Assembly: GCA_043228905.1 (NCBI GenBank)
Contig: JBHGNT010000331.1
Span: 1 to 34,320, forward strand
From: Azolla caroliniana
Lineage: Eukaryota > Plantae > Polypodiophyta
Reading direction: 5' to 3'
DNA length: 34,320 nt
Below the pieces are notes generated by a model that did no database searches, was not told where the DNA came from, and saw only the letters and a program-made list of their open reading frames with translations. A program made the translations under genes and the position numbers. This document shows positions 26,191 to 34,320 of this stretch, one piece after another. Each line of letters starts with the position of its first letter. Positions within the stretch are counted from its first letter, which is position 1.

Positions 26191-26949
26191 AATGACCTCC
26201 AAACACTCTGTCCCTGTCCATGTCACTGTGTGTGTGTATGTGTGTGTGTTTGTCACGTTTCTTCTGCGCACACACACACACCCAAGGCTAGGATAGGTCA
26301 TGGGTTCAAATCCTTTGGGCCACACCCACCCCTTCATATCCCACTTGCATATTGGTCCCTTGTACGCGACTATCGTGACTATCGACTCATGAAGCATCTA
26401 TCGCTCCTCATTATCCTACTACCATTGTACCCTGATCTCCTAGCAGTAGTTGCATCGCGTCCATATCTGTGTTGTTTGTTTCTCGTCCTCCTAGTACACT
26501 CAAGCATGTTGCCCGCCCCGTCGTTCGTTATCGATCGAAACTCACAACCCCCCCCCCCACCCCCCAAATCTCTGTATGGTTTTCAAACTACCATCTTGTC
26601 AACACAACTATGCCTCGATTGTCATCAGTTGCATGATGTGTGTGCGAGCACATTCACGTATGCGTATGTGAAGGTAGCGATAAGTATGCCACCATACTGA
26701 ACATGGTAATGCGTGTGTGGCATATTCAAGCAAGCAATTGGGAAGACGATCTCTCGGAAGAAAACTTGATGAGACCCTATGAACAATAGTAAGCTTTCTG
26801 CCAATTCCCTATTATCATGAGCTTTGAAATGAAATATTGCAAGTAATGCAGGAAAGTAGGATTGAAATGCCACCTCACCAATGACATATACATACACTCA
26901 CTCTCTCTACATTTTGGACGCTTTCAAAAATTAGCGCATGCACATACAC

Positions 26950-27450
26950 ACGCATGAGGTGCATATATCAATCGATAAAAACCTTTCTAATCCCTACAAT
27001 AATGATGATCTTATGGCAAGGTTGGTGTGACATTCACTCACATAAAGCCAAGTCTTCTTGAGACAAAATGCCCACAAAGCTTACTTGCAAGAATGTCCAA
27101 ATCAATTTTCCATGTAAATCTATATAGTAGTTGTTGAAGTACTTCATGGAGATAATCCCAATTCTCATACTCCAATGATACCATGGACCCCAATACTCAC
27201 TGTAGTGGAAGGCCATATTATAGAGCTTTGGTTCCTTGAAAGAAAACCAATAGGAACTATCCAAAGTTGTCCTTTTTAATAATTAACTTAACTTGGCAAA
27301 TATCTAAAGTGCTATTTTGGTGCCAACCATGCAAATGATGGCATTCAATATTGTTTTATGCTCTTGGATTTACCAATATATGGAGCTCATCCTTATCCAC
27401 TTTGCCTAATCTTGTGGGATCTTTCAAATTTGTTCATAGATAAACCATTG
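26950..27450 (-). mobile_element. Possible highly degraded gypsy reverse-transcriptase remnant
   Basis: Weak ordered motifs: LAPK, SSYW, MAFHY..W, YYID and KLCGHFVS (compare FLGH.VS). Confidence 0.3.
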
Positions 27451-28182
27451 ACACTTTGGTTATTCCATACCAATGCAAGCCCCATGAATATTAGAGTATC
27501 TCAACTGGTAGTATTGTGATATTGTCTACAATATGAAGATTTTTAGTTAGCCAAGCTCAAACTATGTTGCCATGAGAGCAGCAAGTGTTTAATCACAACA
27601 TGTTGTAAGCTTTTTAATGATCAATCATCATGTCAACATGTCAACACGAGGTTTCGATCCTTGTATTTCCATTTATATGAAAGTTACGATGAGTTCCTAC
27701 ACACATACCCTTTAAATGGTTGAATCTTCACATAATCATGTGATATTCCTTCCAAAATCAATAGGGGTTGTGTTGCAACATTTTTATGATGGACATACGA
27801 CTCCATGAAAACCAAGCCATGCTTAGGCATGAGTACGTTAGACTTTGGTTGATGATCCAATCACAAAAGTGATTTAATTTTCCGTTATATCAAAGATGAA
27901 AAATTAAGAAGACATAGGTAACGTTAAAATTGCTTGCATCACTTTTGAGTTCCATAGCAAACAACAATGTCGGAAATCAATGCATGCATGTGAAATTCTG
28001 AGCAGAATCACAAGGGACTTGAACTAGGGAAGATGAGTTTGATGGCATTGTTGATGAAGGCTTGCGAGAATCAACATACATGTTGTCATTTGTTCATGCT
28101 TCTACGGATCCTTCTCTTTAGTTCATTCATGTTCATGAGGAAAGTGCTTTAATTCATGTGTAGGTACACATTGCAAGGTGAA

Positions 28183-28567
28183 TAACAATAGGCAACAGTT
28201 CACTTCGAGAGTGTCCAAACCGAACCGTTAAAATTTTTTGAAACCCGAATTGAACCATGAAACTGTTTAAATCGAACCATTTGGTAAATATCCAAACCAT
28301 TAAACCTCAAAAACCGTAGTTTTGTGGTTCAGTTTAGGTTTTTAACTTGGGTCAAATTTCAAAATTTTAAAGATTTTTCCTAAAATGTGAGAAATGGGCT
28401 TTAAAATGAAAAGATTGTTTAAAAAAATATATAAATAAATAAATAATATTTGAAAACCATCAAACTATTTAAATTGAACTAAACCGAACCAAACCAAACG
28501 TGGTCCATTTAAACTGTTAAGACGCGGTTTCGCGGTTCAGTTTAGACCGAACCGTTGCCAATTGTTA
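28183..28567. mobile_element. hAT-type MITE, copy 2, with 8-bp TSD
   Basis: TIRs TAACAATAGGCAACAGTTC / GAACCGTTGCCAATTGTTA. Flanks AAGGTGAA and AAGGCGAA match at 7 of 8 positions. Confidence 0.85.
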
Positions 28568-29142
28568 AAGGCGAATGTAAATAATTTGTGGGGTTTATGC
28601 ATTTGTGCACCCTCATGTATATGCTATGTGTGTGTGTATGTGTACATGATGTTAGCATAAATGCATAATTATATCTTGAGTATTTGGTCCACGCTTGTCA
28701 TTCTCATAGTAGAAGACGTCACGAAGATATGCACATGGATATGAAATTGATGGGGACCACTAGGGTCTTTAACCACTAGGGTCTTGTTGATAAAGAGTTG
28801 CAAGAGTTGGTTGTCGTGAGGGCACCTCTTCAAGTCAGACTCCTTGAACCAAATCATGTGTTTGTGTGGATATGCACCACCAGTAAGTAGAGTTTTTACA
28901 TAGAATGTGCCATTAAATATAAAGACTAAGTACATTCCATGTGTAAGTAAGTGCATACGCATACTTGTATGTATGTGTGTCTTTATGAATAGTGTTACTG
29001 TGTGTGATTAAGCATATGTGCAAGTATATTGTAGTTGTGTTTTGTTAGGAAAGTGTGTTTGGATATGTATGTGTCTATGCGCATGTAATAGCGTATTTGT
29101 TTTGTTATCGATGTATGTATGTGTATGTGTGCATGGGTGTCA

Positions 29143-29144
<2 letters not shown>

Positions 29145-29189
<45 letters not shown>
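29145..29189. repeat. (TG)n microsatellite
   Basis: Directly visible simple repeat. Confidence 0.95.
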
Positions 29190-29191
<2 letters not shown>

Positions 29192-29479
29192 ATGGTTTGT
29201 CATTTGTTCCTTTGCTCAGTGAGTGGCTCTCAATTTTTTATTGGCTCTAGACTTCCTAAACTAACCTTTAATCAACCTTAGTTAATGCCAATTTGAGAAA
29301 TCAGCTTTTCTCCAACTCTTCAAATTTTTTCCCTCTTTGTTGCAAGTAAATGGAAAGAAACACCTTTGAGGCTTGGATTTTTGCAACATGAACTCCATCA
29401 AGTTTGTCTCATAGTGGGTCAATGGTAGTGTCAAACACTTGGTGTTGGTTCAAATCCCACCTCCCACCAAAGAACCAAC

Positions 29480-31730
29480 CAATGACACTAAAGTTCCAAA
29501 AGCGATATCCAAATTGATCACCAATTCCATAACCAAGAAAAATACATTTATAGTTCAATTTCTACCTAAGTTGTTTTGGGACGTGCATATATACTTCACA
29601 TCGAAAGACTCTAAGAGGAGACTTCTTGTCCACAACTATTGTGCCACTTTTAGGTCTATGGATATATTTTGGTGATAGATCAATTACATGGATTGTTGTT
29701 AAAATAGCTTTTGCCCAAACACTTTGTGAAGCATAGAAATAACCCTGTCCTTGATGGTTATATAATTATTCATACCTTGTGCCACATCATTAAACTCTCT
29801 TTTAATGCCTCTAGATTTACAAAAGTCACTAAATTTGTGAGAGGTGTACTCACCTCCATTATTTGAATGTCAAGCCTTGAGCTTAATTTTTTCAAAGTAG
29901 GGTATACATCATCCTTTCCCTTAATTGTATACGCCCAAACTTTCCTAGTGGCATTATAAATGAGGGTGGTGAATTACAATGCACCACCCAAAAATCTAGT
30001 AGGCATAGGATCACATACATATGTTAGTGTATGAGTCAATGTGGGACTTACGTGCATTTATAGTTTACTTGCCATGTTAGCAATGTTCACAAAATGCAAA
30101 ATCAAAAGATAGCAACTTACTCAAAATGAGAAATAATTATTCCCATGTCATTTCATGACATTTGGCCTAAACAACCGTGCCAAATGCACACCATAGATTG
30201 CTATGTGACAATCAACAGATGTTCCTTTTGATGAATCAAGAGAACCAATTTTATTCCCCTTAATAGTAATTGTATTTTCGTTAGTTATATGAAAACATTG
30301 AAAAGCAAATGTCACCGTATAGCCATTATCATCAAGTTAACCAACAAACAACGAACTAGGTGTTAGTTGGGGCACGTGGTTACAAGTTTCATGACAAGAT
30401 GAGAATCATCCCTTAAATGTATTAAAATATCTCAAATACCAATGGCATGATGCTCATTGCTAATGTGGCTCTCCAAGTTTAACTTTGCCAAGTGACTTGG
30501 CTTTATAACCTGTGAACCACTCTATGAGTGGACTCACATGAAATGATGCACCATACTCCAACATTCATGTATGGCAAGGAGAGAAAACCATATTTACCCC
30601 AACTTGTATAGCAAAATAATCCAAAGCCAGTATGTTTGTCCCATCACATGTTACATTTATTTCCTCTATCTCTAGCGAGGATGAGGAATCACTAGATTAT
30701 TTAGAATGGCCATCACCTTTGGCATTATTATTTTCCTTTTCCTTTTTCTTTAAGACATAACGATCTTTCAAAATAAACCCTTCTTATGACAATAATGATA
30801 TCCAACATTTTACTTCCAAGATTTGCTCTACTCCTATTGTAATATTGTTGGTGTCTTTCATGCAAAGATGATAAAACTCATTAAAAAAATTAAACTTGAT
30901 AGTCTCGTTCTAATAAGTGCTACATAATTTTGTTCATAACTTTTCGACCGAGTCACATTCCAATTCCGTGAAATATACATTATTTGCTAAATGCACAATG
31001 TTATGGTAGATATTCCAAGAGATCGAGTTATTCCCAATCATCATTGATCATGCCTACAAGTTTCTTGGCTTCACAAGTCAATGACCTTAATTGCCTTATC
31101 TAAATCAGTACATCTCTCATTTTATTCTTCCACAAGGCAAACTTAGATTTGTCAAACCCATGGATTTCAATGTGGTCCTTCTCAATCATCGATTAATTCC
31201 TATTGGAACTAAAAGAGTCATTTCAAAAGCCATCATCCTAATAGCAATCGAGGCACTACTCACTAGCTAACCTTAAGCACAATAAACACTAGTGGATTAA
31301 ACTACATATGCCCCCAAAAAACAACAACTCTTTCTTTGCCAACCCATAATTAATGAAGGGCAAAAAACATGTAACTTTCATTTCACAACCTCCGGGTGAT
31401 TAGGCATGCAACTTTTATGTCACAGTGTAGTACACATACATGTACACTCATTTTTTGTGTAATCTAGAAGTAAGACAGGTTGATATGTATTAATTACTAG
31501 ATGTTTGAGAATCAAGAGAGATATCTCTATGAGACGTGGTGACTATGGCTAAAGAGTTCTTGCAACAACAAGACTATAGTGAATATTGTCTCACGTGTTT
31601 GCATATGATGGCACTACCTTCGTGTCTACCTGTCTGTTCACATGTAGCATACATAGAGAAGGAAAAATGCATCTACAATCTCTTAGTTGCCTTGATTACA
31701 TGCTTTTGTTGTGATGATACCATTGTTGAA
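29480..31730 (-). mobile_element. Degenerate Ty1/copia gag-pol remnant
   Basis: Primer-binding-site-like TGGTATCA after TCAACA (31722-31715); gag FDKSKFALWKNKMRDVL; protease LEYGASFHV; HVPQL..VG*LDDNGY; WHGCLGQMS; FCEHC*HGK; integrase ATRKVWAY and SNNGGEYTS; KCIFLGYG..FGYRFW. Order is protease then integrase, as in copia. Confidence 0.9.
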
Positions 31731-32193
31731 AGTGGAGATGTAGTGGTTGAATAACTTGTTTAAAACCTATCGAGAACACACACAACAAACCTAGAGCATA
31801 GACAACTGGAAATAAAATTGTGATGTTGGTGGCACAAACCCTTTAGTCACATTTTGGCCTATATACAACCCCTTTTATGTAGTAATTACATTTTTGGCCT
31901 TTTTAATATTCCTTACTATAGACTATTTGCTATCAACAATTATATTGGGATATCATCTTGTGCATTATATCAATTATTTAGGTTTTATCTGTTAAGATCT
32001 CATTTTGTGTGTTATGTCTCTATTGATATTCCAACCACATTTCATGCATTATTGGGTTAATACTTAGAAGTTACCATTATGATTGTGACCCCTCATTATA
32101 AAACCTGACAAAAATAGAGTACTTTACTAAAAATGTGTGTACATATATTATGTCATCATCAAATGTAATAACTAGCCCTCTAGGTTCTACAAA

Positions 32194-33586
32194 CCATGTT
32201 TTGTAATTTGAAATGGTTCTTAAAACTACTAAAGAGCAATGGTGTTCTATGTTGTTTTAAAGATACCTTATAACGAAGATATTGCATACAATAGACAAAC
32301 TAGAACTTTTATGACACCCAAAAAATATGTTTAAGTTCATCTATTTTGTATGTTTAGATTACCCATATCACTCATTCTTGGGTTCTTTCTTTTCAATCCA
32401 ATAGAATTGCCACATCTTAGATGATGTAGATACCATCAAACTCGATTTTAGATTCCACAAGTTTCCATGGAAAACCTAAATAAATTGATCCATCAAAAGA
32501 TTTTAACCAATTTATCAATAACAAGAGTGTATGAGTAGATCCATGTTTTGTAATTTGAAATGGTTCTTAAAACTACTAAAGAGCAATGGTGTCCTATGTT
32601 GTTTTAAAGATACCTTATAACGAAGATATTACATGCAATAGACAAACCAGAACTTTTATGACACCCAAAAAATATGTTTAAGTTCATCTATTTTGTATGT
32701 TTAGATTACCCATATCACTCAATCTTGGGTTCTTTCTTTTCAATCCAATAGAATTGCCACATCTTAGATGATGTAGATACCATCAAACTCGATTTCAGAT
32801 TCCACAAGTTTCCATGGAAAACCTAAATAAATTGATCCATCAAAAGATTTTAACCAATTTATCAATAACAAGAGTGTATGAGTAGATCCATGTTTTGTAA
32901 TTTGAAATGGTTCTTAAAACTACTAAAGAGCAATGGTGTCCTATGTTGTTTTAAAGATACCTTATAACGAAGATATTACATGCAATAGACAAACCAGAAC
33001 TTTTATGACACCCAAAAAATATGTTTAAGTTCATCTATTTTGTATGTTTAGATTACCCATATCACTCAATCTTGGGTTCTTTCTTTTCAATCCAATAGAA
33101 TTGCCACATCTTAGATGATGTAGATACCATCAAACTCGATTTCAGATTCCACAAGTTTCCATGGAAAACCTAAATAAATTGATCCATCAAAAGATTTTAA
33201 CCAATTTATCAATAACAAGAGTGTATGAGTAGATCCATGTTTTGTAATTTGAAATGGTTCTTAAAACTACTAAAGAGCAATGGTGTCCTATGTTGTTTTA
33301 AAGATACCTTATAACGAAGATATTACATGCAATAGACAAACCAGAACTTTTATGACACCCAAAAAATATGTTTAAGTTCATCTATTTTGTATGTTTAGAT
33401 TACCCATATCACTCAATCTTGGGTTCTTTCTTTTCAATCCAATAGAATTGCCACATCTTAGATGATGTAGATACCATCAAACTCGATTTCAGATTCCACA
33501 AGTTTCCATGGAAAACCTAAATAAATTGATCCATCAAAAGATTTTAACCAATTTATCAATAACAAGAGTGTATGAGTAGATCCATG
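32194..33586. repeat. 347-bp tandem array, 4 near-identical copies
   Basis: Units start CCATGTTTTGTAATTTG at 32194, 32541, 32888 and 33235. Confidence 0.97.
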
Positions 33587-34320
33587 GTATATAGACATTA
33601 ATTGCTTTGTGAAACATATAAATAAAAGGTTTTCAAATACAACTTTGCAAACTTGTACATAACAAAATCACTATTAAAAAATTTATGTGCACATAATTGC
33701 AATATGAATGTACACCAAAAAAATACAAACAAAAGGGGAATTGGATTGTGATTCGTCCTAGTACATATGATGGCTTGCGTGTAGTGAGATTGTTGTGGTC
33801 AATAAAGTCATTGAAACACACAACTCCAACTTCCCAACTGGGTTGTTTAAATTCCATTGCATAAAGTGCCTATGTTATGGAGGAAATGAGAGATAATATA
33901 CAAATATGAAATACAAATTGTTGTTGTTACTCAATAATTAATTGTAATGCAATAGTGAAGGCAATTCAATGTCTTACCGGTAACTTTGCGCATGCATTGA
34001 TGAGAAAAGGCAAAATAAAACCATTTGAAGTGCTCATTTTCGTTTGTTTTTACATTAAAGGTTTAACTTACAAGTATTCAAGAAAGTAACTCAATAGTCA
34101 TTGTTTATGGGGATAGTGAGCTAGGAACCTATCCATATAGAAGAACTCTAGTAAATGGGAGTTAGCATTGCAACAAGCCTACAGTCAATTTCGGAGCCTG
34201 AAATGTGACAATATATGGACATGGCTTCTTATCATGTGTTGATCTACAAAAAGTATGGATGTGTCAAACTACAAACATAGTTAATTTGGCAAGCGCAAAG
34301 AAAGGGAATGAGTGCATGCT

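Overview
AT-rich land-plant nuclear DNA, not prokaryotic. Most six-frame ORFs are spurious or single exons. Two intact spliced genes are arranged tail-to-tail. The first is a 149-aa calmodulin (+, 16635-18469, 4 exons). The second is a papain-family cathepsin B (-, 25452-20433, 11 exons), whose oxyanion-hole Gln is encoded by a 5-nt micro-exon. The rest is mostly decayed transposons (Ty3/gypsy and Ty1/copia pol remnants, solo LTRs, a hAT-type MITE pair, tRNA-derived heads), tandem arrays and microsatellites. Other points of note are a 69-bp plastid/cyanobacterial 16S rRNA fragment about 600 bp upstream of the calmodulin ATG, a 1-kb CpG-dense nested tandem array, a calmodulin with a relocated Cys, and a cathepsin B leader with a uORF and a possible second in-frame signal peptide. 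I found no evidence for a wholly new multi-gene system. All alignments were done by eye and no database searches were run.
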